Shown: one piece after another, positions 11,467-26,311 of the stretch
Layout of the letters: every line of letters starts with the position of its first letter
How positions within the stretch are numbered: position 1 is the stretch's first letter
From: Octopus vulgaris
Lineage: Eukaryota
Length of the DNA: 64,000 nt
NCBI GenBank assembly: GCA_951406725.2
Contig: OX597822.1
Location: 20,460,001-20,524,000, forward strand
Reading direction: 5' to 3'
Made by a program: the position numbers and the translations under genes
The notes under the pieces: model-generated
The model's database searches: none
Told to the model about the DNA's origin: nothing
The model's input: only the letters and a program-made list of their open reading frames with translations

Positions 11467-12219
11467 TAAGCAAACTTATATGTGCTGCGTGAGTTGGTAA
11501 TCTCTCTCTCTCTCTCTCTGTATATAATTACTCAGCAGCCATTAAATTATAATCGCCATCTACATATACTCGGTATATATATTCTATTGTTCATTTCAGT
11601 TTGAGAGAAAATCTTTTTATGAACACATAGTTTTAAAAATACAATATTATTATGAGGAGCGAGGACAACACCATCTGATTCGCTGTGATATATATTGTGC
11701 TTTTAATCACAGCCTGTCTGTGAATAGATTTTCTCTGACAAAGCGCACAACATTATGCCTTCTGGAGGTGTGTGTGTGTGCTTATGCATGTTGTATATAC
11801 ATGTATATATTGTAAGATACAAATAATATGATAATTTATTTTCGAACGCAGAAACTTCGTTAAGTCCAACTGCCCACTGACAAATTAATCTACAATTTTA
11901 GACACTATAAATCTAAATGCACAACTACGTGTATATAAATATGACCAAACTAGCATTTATATGTTTTCTCAACCGTTGAAATGGTAAAGCACTTGGCCAG
12001 AGTCTTCGAAGGATGTGGGTTCGAGTCCCTTGGCTGTTTACTGACTAATTTTTCCACTCTGTAAGGGTAATTTACCCAATATTTCTGATTTTCTAACAGT
12101 GTTTCTGCACCCGAAAATAAATTATCTTACTTTTATCTTTCAATACATATTTCAACGCTAAAAAAATCTTTGTTTATATTTATATACATATATATGTATA
12201 TATATTACGCGCAAACGAA

Positions 12220-12548
12220 AGCATTTCGCCTTCCAGCCATATGGTTGTGAGTTCAGTCACACAGCGTGGCACCTTGTATTATAGCTTCGGGCCGACCAAA
12301 ACCTTCTGAGTGGATCTGGTAAGAAGGAAATTGAATGAAGTGTGTGTGTGTGTGTATACATATATATTTGCTTGCGTGTGTGCGTGTGCGCGCGCATGTG
12401 TTTGGGACTGCTCTGCAACCGGTCTTGAAGTTTTTACGTCACTGTAACTTAGAGGTTCGGTAAAAGTAACTGATTGAACAAGTAGTAAAAGTTTTTCAAG
12501 GCTGTGCTCCAGCATGGCTACTACCTAATGACTAAAACAAGTAAAAGA
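12220..12548 (+). mobile_element. SINE family A, diverged
   Basis: gagttcagtc..cagcgtggcacctt ... gtgctccagcatggcta...gactaaaacaagtaaaaga. Confidence 0.7.
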
Positions 12549-12561
12549 TTATGCATACATC

Positions 12562-12596
<35 letters not shown>

Positions 12597-12718
12597 ACAT
12601 ATATAGATATATATATATATATTAAAACCATGTAAGTGCGCGTATTTTCCTTTTTTAATTTCTTATATACATTACAACTCACCACGTGGGGATAATCGAA
12701 ATTCCTCTTTTCTGTTAC

Positions 12719-12782
<64 letters not shown>

Positions 12783-13499
12783 CATGTATATATGAAAGGA
12801 GAAGAGACTCTAATGGAAATAAAGTTGTATAATGTATTTCATTATCTGAAATTTAGCAAACTATTACTCTGAAGTTTACCCTTCAAATCTCCAGGCGATT
12901 ATGTAAAAGGGAACATGAAAAGTGTATGTAATAAAAGTACATTAAAGATATCCGAATATTATTCTCAAGTTTCATTGGATAAACTGGAATATTAGGATCT
13001 TATTGACAATGCAGCTATTAAATGAAAAATAGATTAGGAAGATGGTGAAATTTCCCATTTAGAGAAAGAAATATAAATTGTGTATAAGCATATGGCATAA
13101 TATATAAAACGCATATTAAAAAAAACATATATAATCATCAAGCATATTTATAACTGTTTTATAACTGTGGATGTGTAAGACAATGTAAACTACGCAAGGG
13201 AAATTCCTTGAAACGTTGAAACTGGAAAAGAACAATGCATTCCAAAACGAAGGCCAAGACAGAAAGTAAGATATTGTTCGAAAATGAATTATTTCAAGGT
13301 ATATTTTTCTTCTTTCTGCACGACTAAATCGTCTTTTTTCAGCGACTGAATTCGGTAGCTTATTTAATAAAAATGTAAATACTTTCTTACTTTATTCCAT
13401 GATGAAGTTCTGAAAGCAATTTTTCTTTAATATAAATTTTCCTGTGTAAAATCTTTTAACCTTTTCAAAATCATATTGTTATTTTCATTATTGTTATCA

Positions 13500-13690
13500 G
13501 AACGTAGCGGCAGACGAAATACCGTGAAATGCTTAGCGGTATTTCGTCTGCTACTTCGTTGTGAGTTCAAATTTCGCCTTTCATCCTTTCCGGGTCGATA
13601 AATTAAGTATCAATCAAGTACTGAGACCGATGTGATCGACTTACCTCCTCCCCCAAAATTTCAGTCCCTGTGCCAACGGTAGAAAGGATT
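13500..13690 (+). mobile_element. SINE family B (tRNA-like head, Meta-domain-like core)
   Basis: gaaatgcttagcggtatttcgtc...gagttcaaatt...gcctttcatcctttccgggtcgataaattaagta. Confidence 0.7.
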
Positions 13691-13869
13691 ATTATCATTA
13701 TTACATTATTTTAAAAGGATTTGGTGTAACTCTTCACAAAGTTAACAGACAAGATGAGGAGCGCGATGCGATTGCAATAGATATTTTATTGGTTGAACGA
13801 TATTTCGAGTTCTGTGTCGAGTTCAAAATAAAAAGTGTTAAAATGTTATATAAGTGAATCACTATTAAA

Positions 13870-14980
13870 GGAAACTTTCTAACTTCTTCTGAATTAGGTT
13901 TCTCATCTTGAGTACTTTCTTCTTCACTATTTATTTGGTTATAAAATCTCCTCTGGTCGGCCTCAAATCTATTCTATTGATACTTATCAATTATTTTCTG
14001 ATATCTGGAAAACTTACCTTCTAATGTTTTGATGCGCCGTTTCAACTCTTGAATGACTGTCCCAAATCCTTTCTCTTTGACTAAGTGTCTCAAGAGAGTA
14101 TTTAGTTCTTCTGTTTCTTAACTTTTTCAGTTTCTAGACTTCTATTCTAGACTTCACTTTATTTTGTAATCTCCTTTTCCACATTTGCTCTTTTCCAAGC
14201 TTTCCTTATGGGTGGAATATCTAATCTTCTTGTAACTACTGCCCTTCGTGCATAGATCAATAAGTTAGTGTCTCCTATGTTTTTAGTATCTTTCTTACTG
14301 ATTACAGAATCTACTTTCCTAGCCATATCTAGCAGCTTCCTTCTGTTGGTACCTTTTAATGCTGGCAATATTTTTCTTACTTCTTTACTTATTACTTCCT
14401 GCAGCTCATCTGAAATCTTCTGATCTTCCTCACTTAAATCATTTAAATCGCTGGTGCCAGTTGCCCCTTCATTTATTGGTAGTGCTATTATTATTTTTTC
14501 ATTTAAATTCCTCTTTGGTTTGAGCTGTATCTCTTATGTTGTTGTTTGTCTTTCCTATTCCCTGGTCTTTGTTTTCAAGTTCTCTTGTGATCTCTTCTAC
14601 CTCCAATTCTGCCATCCATTTTCTTCTAACAGCATTAACTTGATCTACTAGTCTCTACTCAGTTACTTTAAACATACCCTTCGCTAACCAAAGTGTTAAC
14701 ATCCGCTTTCTATAACCCCTTCTTTTAGGTTTATTTTCTAATCAGCACTGCATCACTATCTCGTTTTCTTCGCTGATCCACTTCCTCCTCCTTACTTTAT
14801 TATCTGCTGAGGTCATGACAGCCGTGGTCAGTCTGCATCTTTACTGAACCACTGCTGAGCGAGAGGCCTTCCCTGAAAGATCCAACCTCATTTTCGCTGT
14901 TACACCGGAATTTCGACGTAATATCCTGTCTATCATAAACTGAGGTAAGTTAACATTCGTCACCCTAGCCATCACCACTA
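13870..14980 (-). mobile_element. 5'/N-terminal part of an R4/Dong-clade LINE
   Basis: RRRKWISEENEIVMQC...RRGYRKRMLTLW, DTNLLIYA, MWKRRLQNK, NRFEADQRRFYNQI, typical of the Dong/R4 N-terminus. Confidence 0.7.
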
Positions 14981-15711
14981 TTATTTTTCGACATCTGATT
15001 GTTTCAAGTAATTTTCTGTTGCATCACTTGCTGCACTTTGGGCTGGTGAGGTGTGTGTTTCTCCCTTGAGGAATATTGTATTGCATAGGTATGTTTTGTT
15101 ATGGGGTTTGTGTTAAGCCTTCTATTGTATTAGTTTTTGTATTGTATGTTGTGAGCAGCGCAGGTTGTGTTCTGTTGGGCTTTGTTAATTTTATTAGGTA
15201 TTTACTGTATGAGTTTATTCCTATATGTTTTTAGAGGAGTGTTGCATAATAGTGTGTGTAAATCATACATCAACCATTGCATAGCATTCATGGTTATCTG
15301 TACATCGTTCTTTTTTTTATTGGCTTTGTCATGTGTCGGTCTTTACAACGTTTACTTTTTGGTAGAACACCGCCCATGGACATGTGTTGATGTTTCTTTC
15401 GCATTTATAATTGTTATTGATGTATAAGCGGAATGAGCATATATATATGGGACTTGTATAAATATTAATGCATATGTAATTAAAATTTTACTCACAGGTT
15501 TTCAGTTTTTCCTATAGTGGTATTGCAATCCATGTGTTTACATTTTCACGCACGTGTTGCTGTGGCGGAGCATCTGAGGGAAATTCTACTCCATATAAAA
15601 AAAATCTTTCGGTTTCCTGAGATGGCTTACATTAAAACATAGCTTTCTATCATTGTTTTTGCGGATTCTTAATTCCTGCTTCGTGATGGTTTTAGATTTG
15701 ATCTATTATTA

Positions 15712-15890
15712 TTATTACCCTGCGCACGTATGCGAAAGCAGGGTATTGTAGTCGCGCGTGTTTGTATGTTTGTCTGTGTCTTTGCAAAATTACTGGTAAA
15801 CGGCTAAACGGATTTTCACCAAATTTGGCAGAAATATTCATTGGGTGAGTGGCTCGAACTCATTAAATTTTGGCGGACAGGTGAATCAGA
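15712..15890 (+). mobile_element. HINE/DINE-1-like fragment
   Basis: ttattaccctgc...gcagggtattg hairpin, then gtttgt tract and cggattttcaccaaatttgg. Confidence 0.45.
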
Positions 15891-15994
15891 ATGTTTTTTT
15901 TTTTTTGTTTGTTACTTATGCATAAACGACAAACAGCAGGAAATAACTCTTGATGTCATTTTGTTGAAATAAGAATTCATCTGAGAGTATTCTT

Positions 15995-16900
<906 letters not shown>

Positions 16901-16959
16901 GGCACGCATACCATCCTTGTGTGCGCGCAAGGTATGCATCGCCCCTCCGATGCCTTTTT

Positions 16960-17014
<55 letters not shown>

Positions 17015-17779
17015 CATTATTATTATTGAGCTCAAATTCAGCCGAGGTCGACTTTCATCCTTTCGGGGTCGATAAATTAAGTACCTGTTAAGTACTGGAG
17101 TCGATATTATCAACTCAAAGTATCCTTCTCTCGCCATACGAACCTAGCTCGTCAGACCAGTTGACCGAATGGAGGATGGAAGGAGTTTAAAATGGCTACT
17201 GAAGATTGGCTGCTTTTGGTCAAGGCTTGTTACACGGTGTTGTTGATATTGGTTTTGAAATATTAGCGAAATCAAATATTTGCAATAGAATTTCCCAATC
17301 TATATTTCTCGGACCACTTAACTGGACACGATGTTGGTAGGAAATCGCATACATACAAACATAAATATTTATATACACGCCTACATATGCATGTATGCCT
17401 GCCTACACACCTGTCTATCTACCTACCTACCTACCTACCTACCTTCCTACACCCATACATACATGCAAACATACATATATACATATATCCACACACATAT
17501 ATTGCATGTGAAGTATTAAGTGCCGTGGGTAAAATATTCTTAATCATCGCAAACATCTCTGTTAACTGGAGAAAAAGTGTAAAAGTCTAGAGGCAGATAT
17601 TAGCAACGCTCATAGCAAAGCGGTAGATAATTGAAATAAGTTAAGAATTTATTTCTTACGAGTATAAAAAAATATATTTGCTTATGGGAACAGAAGTCTA
17701 ATCTTAGTTTACGGATAGTGGACAGCAATGGACATTCTATTACATACATATTTTCTCTGTTTCACACGGGGATGAATTT

Positions 17780-18270
17780 GTAAACTTTCATTTAGCCTTG
17801 CTGTGCATGTAGACCACTTGATTGAAACAGCGCTTCCATAAGACAACGTTTTCAGGAGGGAGAGCTTGGTGTATTGGTTTGTCTTATGTCAAGTGCTGGT
17901 GCCATGTAGAGATATTGAGTTAAGAGCCGAGTGAATAGGGAATGTGTGAGTGGGGCAAGTACGAACCCATCCAATTCCGAGCAACAGTCAGCTATAGAAA
18001 CCTAAAGAGAAGCAAAAAGTGGTGACGGTTATAATGTATATACATGATACTTTATTCTACTGATTAGATGTCGTCTGGTACGTCTCGGAGCAGTTTTATC
18101 CGAGACACGAGAGGTGTGGATCTTCACTGAACTATGTATAGCGTTACTAGTTGTCGAGAGTTGAAGTATTTTGGAGGTCTTGACGAGGAAGGGTAGCAGT
18201 TTTGACGCTCGCCTTGCAATCATGGAGATATGATTTGAATATATTATGTCCACTTGAAAAATATTCACTA
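17780..18270 (-). mobile_element. Possible very decayed CR1/L2-type LINE RT C-terminus
   Basis: NHISMIARRASKLLPFL resembles the HI..IA..AS..L motif downstream of the RT core. Confidence 0.3.
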
Positions 18271-18629
18271 ATGGTGCTGTTTAGGATTTCAGGCCATATT
18301 TCCTGTTCTTGCTGGTCGTGTTTGGTATGTGGATAATATTTGTGAGTGTGTGTGTGTGTGTGTGTGTGTGCGTGTGTGTGTGTGTGTGTGTGAGTACGTA
18401 AGTATGTGTGTGTGTTCAGGCGCAGGCGTGGCTGTGTAAGAAGTTTGCTTCCCAACCACATATTTCTTGGCTTAGTCCTACTCTTGGCACTTTTAATATA
18501 GCTCCAGGCCTACCAAAGACTTGTGAGAGAATCTGGAAGATGGAAACTCAAAGCGGCTTGTCATGTTTGAGTGTGTGCGAGCCAGTGTGGGTATATATGC
18601 ATACATAGAAATATGTAGACACACACGCA

Positions 18630-18691
<62 letters not shown>

Positions 18692-20096
18692 ATCACGTTA
18701 TACACCACTGGTCACAATGTGCTTCAAATTCTGTCTTGACTGCGCCATTCTTTTCCACCTTGACTCAAAGTAGAAAACAGAGGCAAATATGTAATGTCCT
18801 GGCTAGAAACCTACAGCAACAGCCTTTATCCGTTCTACTAATCTTGTAATTTCATCCCCACTAAGTTTGAAAAATAATTGTTATTACTGAACAATCTGCA
18901 CAAAGAATATGTTACTTAATGTTCAGCTCCTTTACTTTGTCATTCTACATCATTTATGATGTTCTCCTTGTCGTAGTAGGTCAATTATTTCCAAGCATAT
19001 TCATGAGTGGATTGTTCGCACAAACCGGTATGCACAAATTGTTTGATATTTCTATATGATTTTCCTTTTATCTTGAACCGAAAGGAATTCATTTTGGTGG
19101 CCATGCACTTGCAGTTGTTGAATGTCAGCTGGTCGACTAAAGAATCTTTAGATTGAGTTTCCCTAGCAGTTAATCCTGAAGCTCGAGTCCACATTGTGCA
19201 AGGTCTTTGTCAGGATCAGTAAAGATCAGAAAATGGTTGTGCATGGCAGGCGTAAATCCAAAGGGCCTTTTCTTTAATTTTGGCACTCGATATGCCGAAA
19301 AAATTTCTATCAAACTGTGCAGGTGTTAGTGTTGAAGACATTTAATATGAATGAGGAAACAAAGAAAATTATAATAGAGAGGTTCGTTATCTAGTGTGGA
19401 ATATCGAAGACTACAACCATTTCCAAGATACTGTTCCAGGAGGTAACAGCTTCGAAATGGCATTTGCTCTGGTAAGATTCGCTGTATGTTACACAAGCAT
19501 ATCAAGTAACTGTCATTGAGGTCAAGGAATGAATTTGAACGAAGTGTATTGTGTTGAAACTATCAGAGATTGAAGGAGGTTGTTAAAATTCCCCAATAAA
19601 AAATACAATCGTATCATCAAAAAGAAGTACGCGGTTTCAAATACCATGTACATTAGAAAATTATTTATTCATTCATTCATTCACTTTTAAATTTTTATGG
19701 AAAGTTTGCTTTAAGTGCTGTGCTACATCGGGAGAAAATTAAATTTTCATAAGATATATGAACTGTATATATTGGTACGCTATCTTTACTAATACTACTC
19801 TATTAAAAAAAAGTTTATACTTTTAAAATATTCAGGTTTTATGCATTGCAGAAAAGGTTTTTAATGCTTACATAATTTGAAGTGTATTCAAAGATTGTAA
19901 AAATTAGTAGTATGAACTGTAGAATATATAACTTATAACTGTAGAGTATATAACTTGTAAATAAAAGCATAAGTTAACTCGAGATATAGAAACAGTAAAT
20001 TATTTTATTTTTGTTTTGTCGTATTTGAAACAGTGTAGTAATTTTAAATGCGGGATTTTAATAAAATTATTATGCACACACACACACACACACACA

Positions 20097-20993
20097 CACA
20101 AAGTGGTATCAAAAATCTCCCAACTAATTCGGTATCGCGCCAACAGATAACAGCATACGGTTGCGTGAGCAGTGAGAGACAGCAGTGACCTTTATGAGGT
20201 AGTGTGCCGAGTGACATCACTGCGTTTACTTTGCAAGTTGTGAAATTTATGTTTTTGTGATCAGGGTATGCTGTAGTCGGCGATTTTGTCATGGACAGGA
20301 ACAAAGAGCCAACGTGAAATTTTGCGCTAAACTTGGAAAATTTGCTGCAGTGACACTGAACATGCTTCGGCAAACTCACGGTGACGAGGCAAAGGGTCGT
20401 ACGCAATATTTCGAGTGATCCGACCGAAAGCAGAAGGACGTCCCTGGAAGATGTAGAGCGATCTAGAAGACCTGTCACAGGCATCACCCCAGGAAATGTG
20501 GCATTGCGCCTCGAGAATTCGTTTCCCTGGACCAGACCGTCAATCGAAAGTTCTGCTGCGACTGTTTGAAGAGTTTGCTGGAGGACAGTCGTCGAAAGAA
20601 ATTGGATCTATGATGCGCGAACAATTGTATTCTTCACCGACTTCTCCTCACTCGTGAGTTTCTCGCCAAAAGCAACTTGGTGCCGTTTCCGCACCAGCAC
20701 CATTCACCGGATTTAGCACCTGCAGGCTTTCATCTCTTCTCGAAGATGAAACTGCAACTCAAAGGTCACCGTTTTAACACCATTGTCGACGTCCAGAGTA
20801 AACCGTACAAGGTCCTCGACTCGCTCACAGAAAGCGTCTTCTAGGCCGAATTTCAAAAGTGGCAGGAACATTGGAACCGATGTATTGCTGTGTAGGGTGA
20901 ATATTTCCAAGGAGAGGATGTTAGAACTTAGCTAAATAAGATATTTATTTATTAAATATAACTAGTCCGGGAACCTTTTGATACCACCGCGTG
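20097..20993 (+). mobile_element. Internally deleted mariner transposon
   Basis: Imperfect TIRs gtggtatcaaaa...actaatt / aactagt...ttttgataccac; N-terminal EQRANVKFCAKLGK...RTSLEDVERSRRP joined to C-terminal SPDLAPAGF.LF.KMK...W..CIA..GEYF. Confidence 0.85.
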
Positions 20994-21020
20994 TATCTCT
21001 CTTTCCCTCTCTCCCTCTCT

Positions 21021-21064
<44 letters not shown>

Positions 21065-22002
21065 TCATTCGTATGTATGTATATATGAATATATATACAT
21101 ACACATATATGTGTATGTGTGTGTATCCATTTGTGTATACATGTATACATCAAATCCATGCCTGGACATGGTGTATGTTTAAGAAGATTGCTTTTTGACA
21201 ACGTGTTTTCCGCTTGTCTTTGAACGGTTTATTCAACTTACAATTGTTTCGCTGTTTTTCTTTAATCCTAGGAAAAGAAATATGTTTTAGCTAGGTGATC
21301 ATATATACCCTATGTGTAGGAGTTGGTTTTTCCTCTCCTACAGCCTCTCTGTCCATAAATGTGATATTCCCTCTCGGCCCCAGCATTTATACGCATGCAT
21401 TTATATATAGGCCTTTCAAAAATCCCTCCCTTACTACTGTGGCATGTCTCTGTTTCTATTTTTTCCTCTATTCCTTTTGCATCCCTAGCCCTCTTCATTC
21501 CATTATCATATATAGATAAAATTGGAATGGACAGTTGTCACTTGAATGTTCACATGAAGGTCATTGGCCAAAAGTGACCGACCATGATACATAACTCTGA
21601 TAGGATTGAGAAATACCATTGTCCTGATTTCTTTGACACCGATCTTTCATCAATGAGTTTCGATCGGTTTATTTATTCCACCCACTAATCTCCCAGACTC
21701 TAAACCGGATGTGGCAATTTCAGGCCTTTGGTACCAAGGAGTCTAGGATATAAGTTTCCATTCCCCCATGTTCGATGGTCGTAAATTTGTCTCTCCCCTT
21801 TTCGAAGGCTTTTCAGAATGAAACAATTGAGTAATATAAACTGGCATTCATGAGACTTTATTCTTAATATATAAATAATATATTTTCTCTATTACTTAAT
21901 TTATTTGAAAGCCTGTTTATTTCTGACTTATGAAAACTTATTAGACAACTATAAACACACACATGTATGTGTGTATAAATACATACATATACACACCCGA
22001 GC

Positions 22003-22063
<61 letters not shown>

Positions 22064-22249
22064 CACACACACATATATATATATATGGCGGGTTCAATGT
22101 TGGTAGACGACAGATGAGAGTTCAGCAATTTCTCGCTGAACAACCTGCAATGATCATTTGTTGATAGTGATCTAATGTTTGTGCTGTTCATTCGCTCACT
22201 TTTCCCACCAAATCGATATTGCCAACACAGGTACACGCCTGATGTCGGA

Positions 22250-22550
22250 GAGATCACTAGTTTTCAAAACCACGATCGATTTTTGGCACTTCTTCGAAAT
22301 CAGTATTTCAAATCAGGCGAGAACCAGATGACAGGCCGCACAAAATACGTCCTATCGTTGACGAAGTGGCTGAATATTTCGGAACGTGTATGTTCTCTAT
22401 GTGTGTCCCCACACAGAACATTTGTATGGACGAGAGTTTATGGAAATTGAAGAGAAGGCTCCGACCAAACGTGCCAGCTTTAGAGTCAAAGTATATAAAG
22501 TATGCCAGTCAACTGACAGAGCCTGTGGGTACACGAACTTACAATTCCAG
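22250..22550 (+). mobile_element. piggyBac transposase fragment
   Basis: HKIRPIVDEV...PTQNICMDESLWK; homologous to 27560-27790. Confidence 0.75.
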
Positions 22551-23559
22551 GTATGAATCATGTGTAGAAACGCTTGGTCCGAATTTGTGCGTGTGTAATA
22601 AAGTTATTTCGTTACTATAATTATTGTCGATCAGTCTTTTCGATTCTGCCAACAAACTGTCAATACATCACTTGTGGTCTTAATTTCATACTGAGTTTAA
22701 ATGCATTTGGGCATGCCTCCTCGATCTATCTAACGAATTCCATTCTACGTGCCTACCTACCCATGTTCTTCTATGTATGTATGTATGTATGTATGTATGT
22801 ATGTATGTATGTATGTATGTATGTATGTATGTATGTATGTTCTCTTTCTCTTTTTTATTTAGAGTAAATTTGACCGGCCATCTACTTGGCAGCAAGATTG
22901 TGAAGGAGAATATCTTGTTCTAACCGTCATTCTTTAAATCTTAGGAAAGCCTTGCAAATGTTTATAGTCCCAGATATAGTGATCATTTGTAGCATATGAA
23001 TCAATGATTTTACATTCTCTCCCCAAGATCCCAAGTTCAGCCATACTTTATTCCAGACAGGTTGACATGTCTGAACATTAATGCATACGTGTCATACCAA
23101 GCTTCACATGGGCGCTAAATTCTCCGACGGAAAATATGGCGTCCTCATGACATACAGTGTCTCGCGTATTTTTAGACCAGAGGGAGTCGATTCCACTCTC
23201 TGCCTGAGTATTGGATATTTCTTCCAGAAAGCGAGAAAAATACTAACTGGCTGACAGACTTAGAGTTAGAAAAAGACAAGAATCGGTACCAGTACAGGAC
23301 TGGTACTTTGTCCATCGATCCCAAATTGATGAACAGCAAAGTTGATCTGGTCAGAATTTGAACTCAAAATTCTGCTTACTGGCCACCTATACGTTTGTAT
23401 GTATGTATGTATGTATGTATGTATGTATGTATGTATGTATGTATGTATGTATGTATGTATGTATGTATGTATGTATGTATGTATGTATGTATGTATGTAT
23501 GTTTGCATGCATGCATGCATACATACATACATACATACATACATACATACATACATACA

Positions 23560-23675
23560 AGGCTTCGATCGGCCCGAGGCTATAGTAGAAGGCACTTGCC
23601 CAATGTGCCACGCAGTGGGACTGAACCCAGAACCATGTGGTTGTTAAACAAGCTACCTACCACACAGCCACTCCT
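23560..23675 (-). mobile_element. SINE family A, 5' fragment
   Basis: cacttgccca.tgtgccacgcagtgggactgaaccc...accacacagccactcctg. Confidence 0.75.
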
Positions 23676-26280
23676 GGGTGGATGACGGGATGTATAGATG
23701 ACTGAATGAATAGATGCGTGTATATTTGTGCATATATGTGTGTGTGTGTATTACTTATCTATTTAGAGAAGCGAGTTAAATAGCTGTAAAGATTAATAAT
23801 TAATTCCAATTCTCATATCAACAATAATGGTTCCTTTAATTTAATAATCTTTATCTTGTTGCCAGAACGTCATATCATATCCAGAATAACTCTCAGCATT
23901 CTTGCAAATATTCTACAAAGAGACTTTATATGTTCCTTTAGGCATTGATTCGAGCAATATGGAATTAAACTCGATTTGGCATCATTGCCCTCTCTAGAAC
24001 AGGATGCAGGTTTCTATACGCTGTTTTATTTTGTGTTGTTGGTGCTTATATTATCCATGCTTTTGTGGCTGTTGTTATTGTGGTGGTGATCGTTTTGCTC
24101 CAGTCAGCTCTAGTCGAGGAAACATGTAATTGAGGGCATTCAAGTCATGATCATCTCGTCCGTTTTCAGGCATTACGTTACTCAAACTATCTGTGTATCC
24201 TTTTTTAAGATTAGGGTACGACTTTAGAGAGGCCTACAAGATAGGCTGCTGCGTTTGATGTATCTGTAATCGACGGGCAATAATTGCCACTGATATACAA
24301 GAAAAGAGAATTGTTTGAGTCCCCGAGGAAATGTCAACATGGTGGTCTGATATGCTGAAAATAATAATCATTTAGGCCTCATATTACGGCTTATCATATT
24401 AGAAAAGTAGAGCAAGGGATATTTAAAAATGTTATGTAGATATACACTATACTTTTATAAAAGGTTGGATAGCAAAGACGAGAATGCCTTTAATCTTACG
24501 GCTTTAATCAAAGCCTAAATTAAGGCATAATAACAACAAAGTTATCACAATATTTTCAACTCTGGTCTTTCATAACAACATTGATTGAGACTAATTAAAG
24601 CTATGTAACATCTATATTGAGATTTCGATTGTCGGATAATTATTTACAGGGCGAATACGAAAGAAAGAACACACACACAACAAAATTTGGTGCGCGCAAC
24701 TGAAACAAAATTAAATTAAAATCGCCATCAGTGTATCATACTAAATATATACGCACTGCTATAAATCATGCTGGGAAATTGTCAAAAATGAAATTGTTTC
24801 GTAGATTTGTAATCTGAAATGCACAATATATATCGAAGCGAAATTTTTTGATGCTTCTCGCGTACTTAAACGAAATATCTTGGTTTGATAAATAGAAAAT
24901 ATTTAATAAAACATTCACTGGTGTTGCGGAAGCGTGCCGTGCTGTAGAAAAATTCGGTGTAGCAAATGGAATAGTATTCGGTAAGTATCCGGAATACAAG
25001 CGAATATCTTATGCACTGTTTCCTGTATACTGAAGCAAATATGTTGTGCTTTATAGCGCAACAAAACTATCAAGCAATTTTAGCTCACATAATTCCATAT
25101 CAACATGCCTTCTAATGCTGTGTATATATTTAGCATGATTCACAGATGGCGGCAAACCCCCCCACCCAATTTGGATGGACTGTTCTCTAATTTCTACATT
25201 TGTCTCATTAATGACAGAAGCTTAGATTTTCGGCTGAAGAAATCCTACACAGCAGTCATTTGTATCATTAATCGTGCAATTCTCCCGCAACGGTTTATTT
25301 CATGCATTCTATTTCACGAATTGTCAAACATGTTTCTTGTCAAATCGCATTAATTCCTTTTCTCCGGATAATCTGTATAAATATTCGTTGCTCGTTAAAT
25401 TTATTACTTACTTAACCACACCACACAATACTTGAATAAAACAACTCACAATTGATTTAGCTATAACGATTTTTCACATATGCATCAAACCCGATATTTC
25501 TATAATGACGTAATAATGGCTTCGGGTGAGAATTGAAACTGCTTCCACTATTAAGTTCGGCGAATGTTTCTTTTACCTAAAGCTTGAAAGCACCCCGCTT
25601 CAATTTACGACTGATTTCAATGTGCACAAAAAATCCACCAAGGATCGATTTATATTCAAAATGCCAAGGGACGTAACTAAGTAACGCAGTTGATTCTATC
25701 ATCCACCGCTCTTTTTCCCGATGTATTTGTGGCCAATGTTTCACAGTAGATAGGTATATGATTATTTTCACCGCCATCTCAGAAGTTTATAACAAGGAAT
25801 AAGGCTTCAGGCCATGTTTTTCATTTACAGTTTGGATCACCTGTGTTCCTGCTTGCTGAATGACAATACAGTATTATCATTCAAGAGGCATTATTAATGC
25901 TTCTTGATTTTCGCTCTGAGGTATGAGATTTTTGCCTTGAATACTTATTAGAATATCAGCAAAATTGATTGAGACTGACAGAATTAATACTGAATATAGT
26001 TGAGATAGCAGATTTGCTCCTAACTAAAATATAAGGCTGCAATGTTATTCTCATCCTATACCACTTCACTCTATTTACGTTAATAATATCTTTAGGAAAA
26101 GCAAAATACTACAAGTATCATTTCATATTTTAGAATTGAAACTTTATGGATAGGCAAGATATAATATTCCTCACATGACATATTATTAGAAATTCCAATA
26201 TATATATATATACATATACATGCATACATACATACATACATACATACATACATACATACATACATACATACATACATACA

Positions 26281-26309
<29 letters not shown>

Positions 26310-26311
<2 letters not shown>

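Noticed and set aside
13185-13225. HHR-like aagggaaattccttgaaacgtt
   Set aside because: Stem II and GAAAC present but CUGANGA and stem I absent
21225-21590. HHR half-motifs (cgaaacaattgta on minus; catgaaggtca...tgaccga on plus)
   Set aside because: Each lacks one of the two core strands
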